Origin: a virus
Direction: 5' to 3' (one strand)
Virus record (IMG/VR): IMGVR_UViG_3300007960_000014
Location: 20,207-84,206 of that record
Length of the DNA stretch: 64,000 nucleotides
Of this stretch, positions 49,170 through 57,843 are shown in pieces. Position 1 is the stretch's first letter, and every line of letters begins with the position of its first letter. The notes below the pieces were generated by a model that was given only the letters and a program-made list of their open reading frames with translations, searched no databases and had not been told where the DNA came from. The position numbers were made by a program, and so were the translations under genes.

Positions 49170-49987
49170 AAAAAATGTTCATTCAATGTCAGGGTTGTTT
49201 TGTTCTCCCGCTGACACCCTCCGCAAGGATAAATAATCTCATTTTCAAATCCTAGTGAGAAATCAAATATTTTCTTCCTGAGTACTGTAACGTCTTTTAC
49301 AGTGGTTTTTCTAATAAACGCAAAGATGATAGCTTCATCTGTCACGCCCTCTACAGAAACGACAAAACGATTAATATTGTCTACTATCTGTTCTGGAGTG
49401 CTAAGGTGTGGTTCGTCTATAACTCTAGGGAACCTGATAATAGCTGTCTTCTTAGAATCCGGCAGGAAAACCTTCGTATACTCTTCGTAATCCTCCTGGA
49501 AATACGTTACCGGCAGTGCCGATAACTCCAGTTTCAATGTGTTGTTGGTTTTGCAAGTATCACATTTGCCTACAATTGGATACGTGCTTCCGTAGGAAAG
49601 CTCTCTAAGCTTAAATAAAATATAATTTTTATCAAATACGGTTAGAGCCTCTACCGGAATTCCTCTTATGCAGTTGTTTAGGAGAGAAACAATTGCTTCG
49701 TTACCTGCTCCTTCTTGAGCAGCCAATCTAAGATTTCTTTCGTCATCGAACGTAAAGGGTCGTATTTCTATGCTATCGTTGTTGTAGTCATTATAGCATT
49801 TTCCTAGTGATGGCAACTTGATTGAAACCCATGATTTTTTCTCTACTACGTTCTCCAAGAGAGCGTTTAGAGTTTCATTAATTTTATCATTGTCCGTAGG
49901 TCTTTCTACCGGAGCTTTAGGAGTAACAGGCATAGCTTGTAAGCCATCCTCTCTCATCATGTCTACAATACCTTTTTCTTCTGACAT
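49157..49987 (-). CDS. gp26: Baseplate hub assembly chaperone, gp26-like
   Basis: KLPSLGK.Y, IRPFTFDDE, DKNYILFKLRELSYG, two CxxC ribbons and C-terminal HFF. Confidence 0.8.
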   Translation of the reverse strand: MSEEKGIVDMMREDGLQAMPVTPKAPVERPTDNDKINETLNALLENVVEKKSWVSIKLPSLGKCYNDYNNDSIEIRPFTFDDERNLRLAAQEGAGNEAIVSLLNNCIRGIPVEALTVFDKNYILFKLRELSYGSTYPIVGKCDTCKTNNTLKLELSALPVTYFQEDYEEYTKVFLPDSKKTAIIRFPRVIDEPHLSTPEQIVDNINRFVVSVEGVTDEAIIFAFIRKTTVKDVTVLRKKIFDFSLGFENEIIYPCGGCQRENKTTLTLNEHFFSVN

Positions 49988-50066
49988 AGTAATATTTACC
50001 TTCCATCTACATTATAGGGTATTTTTTCAAATTTATGATAAAAAAAATACTTTAATAAATAAATCT

Positions 50067-51419
50067 ATGATTGAAATAGTAGTTGGCAACATCACTTCGG
50101 TGCTAAAAACTAAGAGCAAAAAACTCCTTCAGATTCTAGAACAGAAGTATACAAAAAAGCTCCCAGGCTATCAGTACAGCTCAGCGTACAAAAGACGTGG
50201 ATGGGATGGAGGAAAGAAGTATTTCTCAGGCAAGACAGGCAAATTCGGCTCAGGATTGCTTTCTCATATAATAGCAGATTTGGAGTACGGAGAACTTCCT
50301 TACGTTATTAAGGATGAGAGGACCCTTTTCCCCTTTTCTCCTTCGTACATAGACAGCTTGGATTTGAGAGAATACCAAACTAGTATGGTCGAAGAAGCCT
50401 TGGAAAGAAGAAGCTGTTTAATAAAAGCTCCTACAGGGTCAGGCAAGACCATTATTATGGCATCTCTACTCCAAGCCCTTAAAAAAAGAAAGGGGTTGGT
50501 GTTCTTTACGAAGAAGCAGCTACTATACCAAACCTATAAATTTCTAGAAAAACATGGGATAGAAGTAGGTGTAGCTTTTGGAGACGGTGTGGATATCAAG
50601 CCCATCACTTTGTGCACTATACAATCTATTCATAAGGTTCTAGACTCGCATTTAGAAGATTCAGAGTTTATTATGTTTGATGAGGTTCATGAGTTTTCAA
50701 AGGGAAAGCTGGCAACAAAGGTGTTAAAGTCCTTTAAGAACGCTTCTTGTCGTATAGGGTTTACTGCCACAGTACCTCCTGAGGATTACGCCAAATTAAA
50801 TCTAATCTCTTACCTTGGGGAGGTGGTAGAAGAAACCGACATCAACCAACTTATTGATGAGGGTTTCCTGACCAAGCCCGAGATAACCGTATTTGATATC
50901 CCTGATAGGGGAACCGTAGAGGACACGGAAATTCCTTATCGTGAGGTGTACACAAAATACATTACTGAAAACGAAGAACGTAACGGTATTATTGTGGACT
51001 TGTGCAAGAAAATATTAGCCAAGCCTAGTAAGACTCTTGTGCTTGTGAAAGACCTTAAGCACGCAGATATTCTGCACGAGCTAATCCCCAACTCTTATAA
51101 ACTAGAGGGTAAAGACTCTCTCTTGTGCAGGGAAGCTACTTTAGAAAAATTTAAAAAAGAGGAAAGCTCTGTTATGATTGGCACCACTATTTTTCAGACA
51201 GGGGTAGATATACCCGAACTCACCCACTTAATAAACGCTAGAGGGTTAAAATCTGAGATTGCTACCATACAAGCTTTAGGACGTGCGCTACGTGTGCATG
51301 AATCGAAGAATAAAGTTTTTATCTATGATTTTAAAGATAAAGTTCCTTACCTACAAAAACACGCTAATTTAAGAATTAAGTCCTATAATAATTTAGGATT
51401 ATCCGTAACAATACTATGA
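50067..51419 (+). CDS. uvsW: Superfamily 2 DNA helicase, UvsW-like
   Basis: WDG, LREYQ, APTGSGKT, DEVH, GFTAT, TGVDIP and QALGRALR. Start set at MIEIVV (50067), after ATAAATAAAT. Confidence 0.88.
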   Translation: MIEIVVGNITSVLKTKSKKLLQILEQKYTKKLPGYQYSSAYKRRGWDGGKKYFSGKTGKFGSGLLSHIIADLEYGELPYVIKDERTLFPFSPSYIDSLDLREYQTSMVEEALERRSCLIKAPTGSGKTIIMASLLQALKKRKGLVFFTKKQLLYQTYKFLEKHGIEVGVAFGDGVDIKPITLCTIQSIHKVLDSHLEDSEFIMFDEVHEFSKGKLATKVLKSFKNASCRIGFTATVPPEDYAKLNLISYLGEVVEETDINQLIDEGFLTKPEITVFDIPDRGTVEDTEIPYREVYTKYITENEERNGIIVDLCKKILAKPSKTLVLVKDLKHADILHELIPNSYKLEGKDSLLCREATLEKFKKEESSVMIGTTIFQTGVDIPELTHLINARGLKSEIATIQALGRALRVHESKNKVFIYDFKDKVPYLQKHANLRIKSYNNLGLSVTIL

Positions 51420-51667
51420 CAAAGAAAGATATTTATTTTACCACCGAAGAGAAGAAGATTGAAGCTGCCAACAAACTCTCTGACGAAGACATAGAGCAAC
51501 TTAGATTTTTTAAATCTGAGCTTGATGCAATACTAGAGTCTAAGACCATTAGCCTCCAAAATACGCAAAAGCTGGATAATCTTGTTACCCAGCTTCTTAC
51601 TATGCGTTCTAGACATTCTTTTTCAATTATGTCTTGGCTACGCCAAAAATACATTATTGATTATTAA
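51416..51667 (+). CDS. Hypothetical protein coupled to the helicase
   Basis: ATGA overlap with the helicase stop. 83 aa, helical. Confidence 0.55.
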   Translation: MTKKDIYFTTEEKKIEAANKLSDEDIEQLRFFKSELDAILESKTISLQNTQKLDNLVTQLLTMRSRHSFSIMSWLRQKYIIDY

Positions 51668-53391
51668 ACGTCCATATCTTCTTGCTCGTCACCTTCAAGC
51701 TTATCGAAATCTAAATCTTTCATTAAGTCTTTCATGTCGGAGACTAAGCTTTTTATTTCTTCATCAGAAAGCGCACCTTCAGCAGGAGGAGCTTCCTCTT
51801 CTTCAACCTCTTCAGTCTCAGGAGCTTCTTGTTCAGGAGCTTCAACTGCTTCGGTTACTTTCTTCTTCTTTGAACGAAGGTTTTTCAAGTCTTTTTCATC
51901 AATATCCCCATCTTTGTCGGTATCCATCTCGTCGCTTTGCTCTTTAGATAGACCCTTCTTATCCTTCTTCTCTTTCTTGTCGTCCTCCTTTTCACCGTGG
52001 TCTTTTGATGGAGTACCTTCTTCTTCGTCGTCAACGTCCATCTCGTCCTCATCATCACCTCGGTATTGACCGCCGCCAACATCAGAAGGCTTAGCCTTTT
52101 TAGCTTCTAGTAAGCCGTACTCTTCGGCAACAACGTCGCCTAAATATTCCATATCAACGCTTTCGGTTAACCAGTTAGAATCTTCATCATCAGACTCGAA
52201 GCACTCGTTGATGAAATCGTTAATATCTAATACTTCAACTCCGCCTTTACCTTTGATGAAGGCACCGAACTCGTGTAAGAAGTCGCCAAGAACCTTGCTA
52301 TCTTCCGATAGGCGCGAGAGAGCTTCAAACATTACAGACTGAGTTTTCGCTAAGTTTGAGAAAGAAGGGATAAACTTAAGGTTGTTTACGTTTACCCCGT
52401 AAGTTTCGTTAAGAGCGGAAATCATTATAGCTTTCGCAGGCTTCTTCATCTCAAAGATTTTAGATACGAAACTTCTAATATCTTTCTTCGTAACGGTTCC
52501 AGGGTCAGTTACTTCGTACACGGAGGTAATTACCTCATTGATATCAGACTTCGACGCTAACGCAAAGTAAGGCACGTTCCTGATGGTTTCTACTATAGCT
52601 GCCTCTATCGCCTCATCTTCAGAGTAAATGCAGGAGGCGAGCCTAGAAATGCTCTCATTGTCTGCCCACAGGGAGGCAAAGTTTTTCTTAGATTCTAGTA
52701 GCTCTCTGCTGATAAGCTCCTGTCTGCAGATGGTCTCGTAAAGAGAATGCTTTAGATTTTTGCTTACATCAATAGAGCCTACGTTTATAATCTCAGCTAA
52801 TTTTAAATTAGGTGCGTCAAAAGCGGTAGAGAGAGCTTTTGTTAGTTTAAGACCGTTAACAATGTCGTTACATTCAAATATGGTATCTCTGTTCTCAGCA
52901 ATAAACTCCTTAATCTGAGTCTTCATTTCCTGTAGCTTGTGATACTCTACAGTATCTCTTACAGTTGTCTTGTGGTCAAAGCGGCTCATCTTCTTGTAAA
53001 GCTCGCTTCGGACTTCATTTATTTGATTTCTGTAGGAAAACGCCGCTAGGATTTTACCGAATGAATTTTCGGCACCTTCGTAGGTATTTTTATGCAAAGA
53101 CCGAACTAGCTCGCTAACGTTCTCAGCAACAAACTCGTCTACCTTTTCGTCGGAGACGATACTGTCTGCGCTTTCTAATTCAAAATCTGATAGTTTAGTA
53201 TTGCCGTTACTAAAATCGTAAGTGGCTCCGACCAGATACCCCGACTCAGTTAGAAAAGTTGCTCTGTTCTTGGCAGCAGCAACATCAAAAACGACGACGT
53301 TTTCTCTAATGCAAGTGCCTAAGTAGTCAGCTGCCTCACTAATGCGAACAAAAGTAAGATTGCGTTCTTCAAATAAGTTGTTAAATTCCAT
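51664..53391 (-). CDS. Portal-adjacent prohead core-like protein with an acidic tail and an EF-hand-like loop
   Basis: 575 aa, own late promoter and AAGGA RBS, multiple L-x-E sites, DTDKDGDIDEKD loop. Confidence 0.55.
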   Translation of the reverse strand: MEFNNLFEERNLTFVRISEAADYLGTCIRENVVVFDVAAAKNRATFLTESGYLVGATYDFSNGNTKLSDFELESADSIVSDEKVDEFVAENVSELVRSLHKNTYEGAENSFGKILAAFSYRNQINEVRSELYKKMSRFDHKTTVRDTVEYHKLQEMKTQIKEFIAENRDTIFECNDIVNGLKLTKALSTAFDAPNLKLAEIINVGSIDVSKNLKHSLYETICRQELISRELLESKKNFASLWADNESISRLASCIYSEDEAIEAAIVETIRNVPYFALASKSDINEVITSVYEVTDPGTVTKKDIRSFVSKIFEMKKPAKAIMISALNETYGVNVNNLKFIPSFSNLAKTQSVMFEALSRLSEDSKVLGDFLHEFGAFIKGKGGVEVLDINDFINECFESDDEDSNWLTESVDMEYLGDVVAEEYGLLEAKKAKPSDVGGGQYRGDDEDEMDVDDEEEGTPSKDHGEKEDDKKEKKDKKGLSKEQSDEMDTDKDGDIDEKDLKNLRSKKKKVTEAVEAPEQEAPETEEVEEEEAPPAEGALSDEEIKSLVSDMKDLMKDLDFDKLEGDEQEDMDV

Positions 53392-53407
53392 GTGGTGTTT
53401 TCCTTTA

Positions 53408-53417
53408 TATTATATAT
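53408..53417 (-). promoter_or_regulatory. Late promoter motif ATATATAATA
   Basis: Upstream of the AAGGA RBS and ATG 53391. Confidence 0.55.
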
Positions 53418-53448
53418 TGCCCTTCAAAGGGTCTTTTTTACTAAACCT

Positions 53449-55143
53449 CTAAGTTTTAGTCGCTCCAGTTGCTTCCCTGGAATCGGAGAAGTCGTCTAGC
53501 ACGTCCCCTCCCATAGATTCACCTTGCGGTGGAACCTCTCCACCTGCGGGTGCTGGTACTGGACCTCCTGCCATAGGAGCTCCTTGTTGGGCTAATGCAG
53601 CATCTTTTTCAGCTTCTTCAGAAACCCTGTCTTTCATATCACTAATTTCCTCTTCGGTCATGCCAAAGTAGGTTTTATATAGGTATTCTTTATCAAATAA
53701 CATCAGCCCTTGAACGCCTTGTACGATTCTGATTTTTTGTTCATCGATTTCTAAGCGGCGTTTTTCATGCATATCGGATGGAGGACACAGAGTGACCTCA
53801 ACATCCTTCAAGAACTTCTTCTCAAAGCCCTTGAGCATTAAGTGTCTTCTTACGAGAGTGCCGATACCGAGCTCAACATCTTTTTGAACCCGATGTACCG
53901 CTTTAGCAAACTTAACATCCAACTGGCTAAGGTTAGCTTTTCTCTCTGGGGACTTATCTTTTTCAACGATAAAGTCCTTAGGAATCTTCATGGCGGCTAA
54001 AAGCTTGTCTCTGAAGTACTTAACATCATCAACTTCGCCTAGATTCTGGGCTCCGGGTAAGGTATCGATTTTTGTGCCTTGCCCATTACGCATTGGAATA
54101 AAGAAGTCCTCGTCTGAGGCTAGCGGGTTATACCTCTCATCTATACCTTTGCCAGGGTTAAAGAATTTTTCTTTCTTAAACTTATCTTTTACTCGCTCCA
54201 TGAACGTTTCTACCTTAGTAGCAGGCATGTTGCCTGTCTCAATATAGAACGCCCTTCTTTCTGGAGCTCTCTGCACGCGGTAGATAATCATGGAGTCTTC
54301 CATTAGGCGTAGGGATTCCCACGCACGAACACCCATTGCGGCGACCCCTTTCCCATAAGGATAGTAATTAGGGTCGGCAGTCCTTCTTCTAAAGTGAACT
54401 ACTTGGTTTTTATCTAGAACGATAGTGTTCTTTTTACTCATTGGGTTGGTTTGACCTGCGTACATAGATTGTCCTTTTTCAGGAATCTCTTGTAAGAAGT
54501 TTTGCAGGTACCCATATTGGTCTTCAACGCGGTATATGAAGTTCGGGTTTAGTATTTTAAGGCGCTGAATACCGGCAGCAGTGTTGTTTAAGTCCACGAT
54601 GTTCTCTACGAAACAATCTCCATACTTAACTGTATTTCTTACGATGTCCCACATGAAGTAGTCTAGCTTAGTATTTTTTACAAACTTCTCAATCTCCTCC
54701 CGTATCAGCTTATCGGTGGTCTTAATAACAAAGGAGTTTCCTTTAATATCCTCCTGAGTGCTATCGTCAGCGTAAATATCAAACGCTGCACCAATCTCAG
54801 GGTACTCGTCCATAAACTCAAACTTCTTATATCTTCTAGTTCTTTGGTTTTCTATAGCCGGAAGCCTAGCGAAGCCTTTAGATACACTAATACCTCCGAC
54901 ACCAGCACTATCAAATACATCTCCTCCAAGAGGAGTTAGAGAATCTCCCTCTAAAGCAGTAGTTGCTTTTCGTGGCGGTCTGCCCGGACCACTTTGTTTT
55001 TTAGTTCCAAATACAGATTTAAAGAAAGAAAAGAATTTACCTGAAAACAGGGAAGTGTCGTTGCCATATCCTACTGGTTCAGGGAATTCAGTCAAGCTTT
55101 CCTCTAGTATTTCGTTTTCGTTATTTTTTATTTCAGAATCCAT
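53449..55143 (-). CDS. gp20: Portal protein
   Basis: LRLMEDSMIIYRVQRAPERRAFYIETGN, EDFFIP, IDTLPGAQNLGEVDDVKYF..KL and KFAKAV.RVQ. Confidence 0.95.
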   Translation of the reverse strand: MDSEIKNNENEILEESLTEFPEPVGYGNDTSLFSGKFFSFFKSVFGTKKQSGPGRPPRKATTALEGDSLTPLGGDVFDSAGVGGISVSKGFARLPAIENQRTRRYKKFEFMDEYPEIGAAFDIYADDSTQEDIKGNSFVIKTTDKLIREEIEKFVKNTKLDYFMWDIVRNTVKYGDCFVENIVDLNNTAAGIQRLKILNPNFIYRVEDQYGYLQNFLQEIPEKGQSMYAGQTNPMSKKNTIVLDKNQVVHFRRRTADPNYYPYGKGVAAMGVRAWESLRLMEDSMIIYRVQRAPERRAFYIETGNMPATKVETFMERVKDKFKKEKFFNPGKGIDERYNPLASDEDFFIPMRNGQGTKIDTLPGAQNLGEVDDVKYFRDKLLAAMKIPKDFIVEKDKSPERKANLSQLDVKFAKAVHRVQKDVELGIGTLVRRHLMLKGFEKKFLKDVEVTLCPPSDMHEKRRLEIDEQKIRIVQGVQGLMLFDKEYLYKTYFGMTEEEISDMKDRVSEEAEKDAALAQQGAPMAGGPVPAPAGGEVPPQGESMGGDVLDDFSDSREATGATKT

Positions 55144-56603
55144 GATAAATAATCCTTCAGCGTTTCAGCACCTTTCTTATCATATTTAGCCATTGAGCCA
55201 TAATAATCCGGTTGCTTCTTTTCGGAAATACCCTTGCTGATGGGTACAGGGCTTTTTTCTATGATTTTTTCGGAGGCAAAGCATCCTAAAGCTAAGCTCA
55301 TCACTAGGTCATCGTTCCTTCCCTTGTCGGCTTGCACCTTGCCGTTTTCGGTTATAATAAAACTCGTAAGTTCGTTAACTGTTCTTTCTGAGTTTATTCT
55401 AATTTCGGATGTTCTTACCGCGTTTTCCATTCGGTTAAGAACAATGTCTCTGTTTTTTACAGTTATTAAAAGCCCTAAGTCGCCTTTATCGTCTTCCCAC
55501 ATGTTCTCATACTCTAGTTCATTGAATAAATCTTCAATCAGAGCGAGACCTAACCCGTTTCTTTCTACTACAACATACGCCAAATTATATAAATTAGCTT
55601 CTTTGTAGATAACTTTTGCAAAATCTCTCAAAGATATCTTGTTTGAGTAAAACTCAGCTACTTGTTCCCCATTGTATAGGTTTATAATATGGAATGCCGA
55701 GTTATCTTTGTTCGTTCCATAAGACGCGTCTGCGCAAAGAACATACTGGTGGAAGGGTACTGGGTCTTTCCACACCCTCATCATGTGAGTATACTTAGAA
55801 TAATAGTGTGGGTTGGTGCCTGCAAGTATTTTTTGTAGTGTGCTACGGTTAAGAAAGGTATCGCCTGTACCCAAGAACTCGCATTCATACTCTTGCAGCC
55901 ACATTCGTTCACCAATATTAGGTCTTATCTCCTCAGCCCACTCATCAGTGTATTCAGGGTGTTCTCTCCAAAAGATATCGATTGCGTGAAAATTATTAGT
56001 TTTCGCTACCGCCTCTGTATACAACTTGTAGTATAGGTTAGAAGTTCCATTTACTGTGGATAGTAGTACCGCCGCGCCACCAGTTGAAATGGTAGGATAC
56101 ACAGCAGCCCAGAATTGCTCCATGTTATCTACGAATGCCGCCTCGTCAACAATCAGCAGCGAGGTAGATTCACCTCTACCAGCTCCAGCAGGCTGAGATT
56201 TAATCTTACTTCCCGTTGAGAACACAATCGTGCTTTTATTTTTCTCTGGAGTTTCGGGCTTTAAGAAGGCGGGAAGGTCTTCATACATTGCAGTGACCCT
56301 TGCCAGGAACGCTTTTGATTCTCGGTCACCGATAGACACCACTAGGATGTTCTTATTGTCTTTAAATATCGCTAACCACAAAGAATACGCACACATGATG
56401 GTAGTAACACCAGCCTGTCTGAATTTTTTAATTATGCTGAACCTGTGGGAATCTATCTCATTTACAATTCTTTCCTGAAATCTGTACAATTCAAAGGGAA
56501 TTATACCTTTAATAGGGTGGACAATGTTCACGTACTTCTTAATGAAATACACGGGGTCCTCCTTACAGGCATGATATTCCTTAATTAATTCGTCACGGTC
56601 CAT
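55128..56603 (-). CDS. gp17: Terminase large subunit
   Basis: DPVYFIKKY, KFRQAGVTT (Walker A variant), LIVDEAAF (Walker B), STVNG, QEYECEF, and nuclease motifs CAD, VERN and DDLVMSL. Confidence 0.95.
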   Translation of the reverse strand: MDRDELIKEYHACKEDPVYFIKKYVNIVHPIKGIIPFELYRFQERIVNEIDSHRFSIIKKFRQAGVTTIMCAYSLWLAIFKDNKNILVVSIGDRESKAFLARVTAMYEDLPAFLKPETPEKNKSTIVFSTGSKIKSQPAGAGRGESTSLLIVDEAAFVDNMEQFWAAVYPTISTGGAAVLLSTVNGTSNLYYKLYTEAVAKTNNFHAIDIFWREHPEYTDEWAEEIRPNIGERMWLQEYECEFLGTGDTFLNRSTLQKILAGTNPHYYSKYTHMMRVWKDPVPFHQYVLCADASYGTNKDNSAFHIINLYNGEQVAEFYSNKISLRDFAKVIYKEANLYNLAYVVVERNGLGLALIEDLFNELEYENMWEDDKGDLGLLITVKNRDIVLNRMENAVRTSEIRINSERTVNELTSFIITENGKVQADKGRNDDLVMSLALGCFASEKIIEKSPVPISKGISEKKQPDYYGSMAKYDKKGAETLKDYLSWILK

Positions 56604-56606
56604 TAA

Positions 56607-56616
56607 TAGTATTTAG
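56607..56616 (-). promoter_or_regulatory. Late promoter motif CTAAATACTA (terminase), within a 15-bp divergent gap
   Basis: 3 nt upstream of ATG 56603. No SD sequence. Confidence 0.5.
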
Positions 56617-56618
56617 AT

Positions 56619-57314
56619 ATGAAGAAACTAGCTTTTATTCCAACTCGTGAGGAGAAAGAATACGAAATTTGCTCTTTTTTAAAAGAAGCAGGTTTTGAAG
56701 TTCATCTCCTCGTCAACAAAAAAAGTATTTTTGAAGCGTATGCTAACGCATTATCGGAGCATGACGTTAAAAAAGACGATATCGTCGTTATGTGCCATGA
56801 TGATATTCAAATCCTTTCTAATCATAGTGTATTTAATGAAATTTTAGAAGCAAATCTTTCACTAGAAAAAGCAGGATTTGTCGGAGTGGCAGGAACACAA
56901 CTCCTTCAAAGAAGTGGTGTTTGGTGGGAAGGCTTAAACCATGGTGCTCCTGTTAGCCCTATGAACCCACTACACGGGTGCGTATACCACGGGGACAGCA
57001 TTCATAACATGTCTCCAACTTATTACGGTGGTTTTGGCAGAGCAGTAGTTATGGATGGAGTTTTCCTCGCAGCAAAAGGAAGTACTTTGTTTTCAATTGG
57101 TCTAAGTAAGCCTCCGTACTTAAAAGGAAATTGGGATTTTTATGATATCTTGTATACGTTCAAAGCTTTTAAGAAGGGTCTTGATAATAGAGTTGTTCCC
57201 ATCAGTATTCTTCATAAATCCCACGGTATGGGAATCCAACAGGACTCATGGAAAGAGAACAGAGAAGCTTTTACGCAACGATTCTCTGACCACTTACCTG
57301 CAGCGATACCCTAA
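56619..57314 (+). CDS. Glycosyltransferase, GT-A fold (GT2-like)
   Basis: SIFEAY, VMCHDDI (DxD-type), GFVGVAG, VVMDGVFLA, WDFYDI and ILHKSHG. Confidence 0.8.
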   Translation: MKKLAFIPTREEKEYEICSFLKEAGFEVHLLVNKKSIFEAYANALSEHDVKKDDIVVMCHDDIQILSNHSVFNEILEANLSLEKAGFVGVAGTQLLQRSGVWWEGLNHGAPVSPMNPLHGCVYHGDSIHNMSPTYYGGFGRAVVMDGVFLAAKGSTLFSIGLSKPPYLKGNWDFYDILYTFKAFKKGLDNRVVPISILHKSHGMGIQQDSWKENREAFTQRFSDHLPAAIP

Positions 57315-57815
57315 CTACTCCTCGTAAAAAAATTGAATATGTCTATCCTCAGGTGTCACGCTACAAATAGCGTCCACCTGGGATAGCAGATTTGATTTTT
57401 TACTGGTATTGGCTTGTATGCTTAATATTTTACTGCTGTTATCATCTATAAACCTGATGGCTTCATCCATTAGGGTATTTTTTTGGGATATTTCGTCGGA
57501 TTCGTTCATCACTATCACATTTTTAGCGTCCATACAGGCTTGATGTATCATCGCTTTGTATTTTGGGTCTGCGACGTGCATAAAATCTTTATGAGGAACA
57601 ACAAGAATGTACGGAACCTCTATCATATTTAAAATGGCAAGCATTTCATGGCATACTCCCTCTGTGGGAATCATATAAATCAGGTTCGCTTTAAGATGCT
57701 CTAGCAAATGCATTATTTTTTTTAGAGCAATACCTCTTTTTTTCGTAGAATATCCTTTTCCTAGCTTAGGGAAGGTCTCTTCCCCAAAAACACCAAGAAT
57801 TTTTTCTCTTTGCAT
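57315..57815 (-). CDS. Possible SLOG / YspA-like nucleotide-binding protein
   Basis: ILGVFGE, PTEGV, VPYILVVP and FIDDNSSKIL follow the YspA-type Rossmannoid pattern, but are degenerate. Confidence 0.4.
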   Translation of the reverse strand: MQREKILGVFGEETFPKLGKGYSTKKRGIALKKIMHLLEHLKANLIYMIPTEGVCHEMLAILNMIEVPYILVVPHKDFMHVADPKYKAMIHQACMDAKNVIVMNESDEISQKNTLMDEAIRFIDDNSSKILSIQANTSKKSNLLSQVDAICSVTPEDRHIQFFYEE

Positions 57816-57830
57816 ACTATTATATGTACC

Positions 57831-57840
57831 CTAAATAATC
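57831..57840 (+). promoter_or_regulatory. Late promoter motif CTAAATAATC on the plus strand
   Basis: 3 nt upstream of ATG 57844. Confidence 0.55.
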
Positions 57841-57843
57841 TAT

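Noticed and set aside
5640-49987. Bacterial contractile injection system or tailocin rather than a phage
   Set aside because: Capsid, portal, terminase, protease, primase and late sigma genes are all present, so this is a phage genome.
49818-50066. N-terminal extensions in the ORF track (helicase from 49818, gp13 from 10065, 14700, 27384, 46919, 47109, 60773)
   Set aside because: They overlap neighbouring genes, terminators or promoters. Downstream ATGs fit the promoter motif and conserved domain starts better.
53419-53439. GCCCT-TCAA-AGGGT-CTTTTTT hairpin as a plus-strand terminator
   Set aside because: The stem is only 5 bp and no plus-strand gene ends nearby. Too weak to call.
56398-56430. 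Terminase Walker A lacking the canonical Lys (KFRQAGVTT)
   Set aside because: Deviant Walker A motifs with an upstream Lys are common in large-phage terminases, and the other motifs are intact, so this is not a pseudogene.
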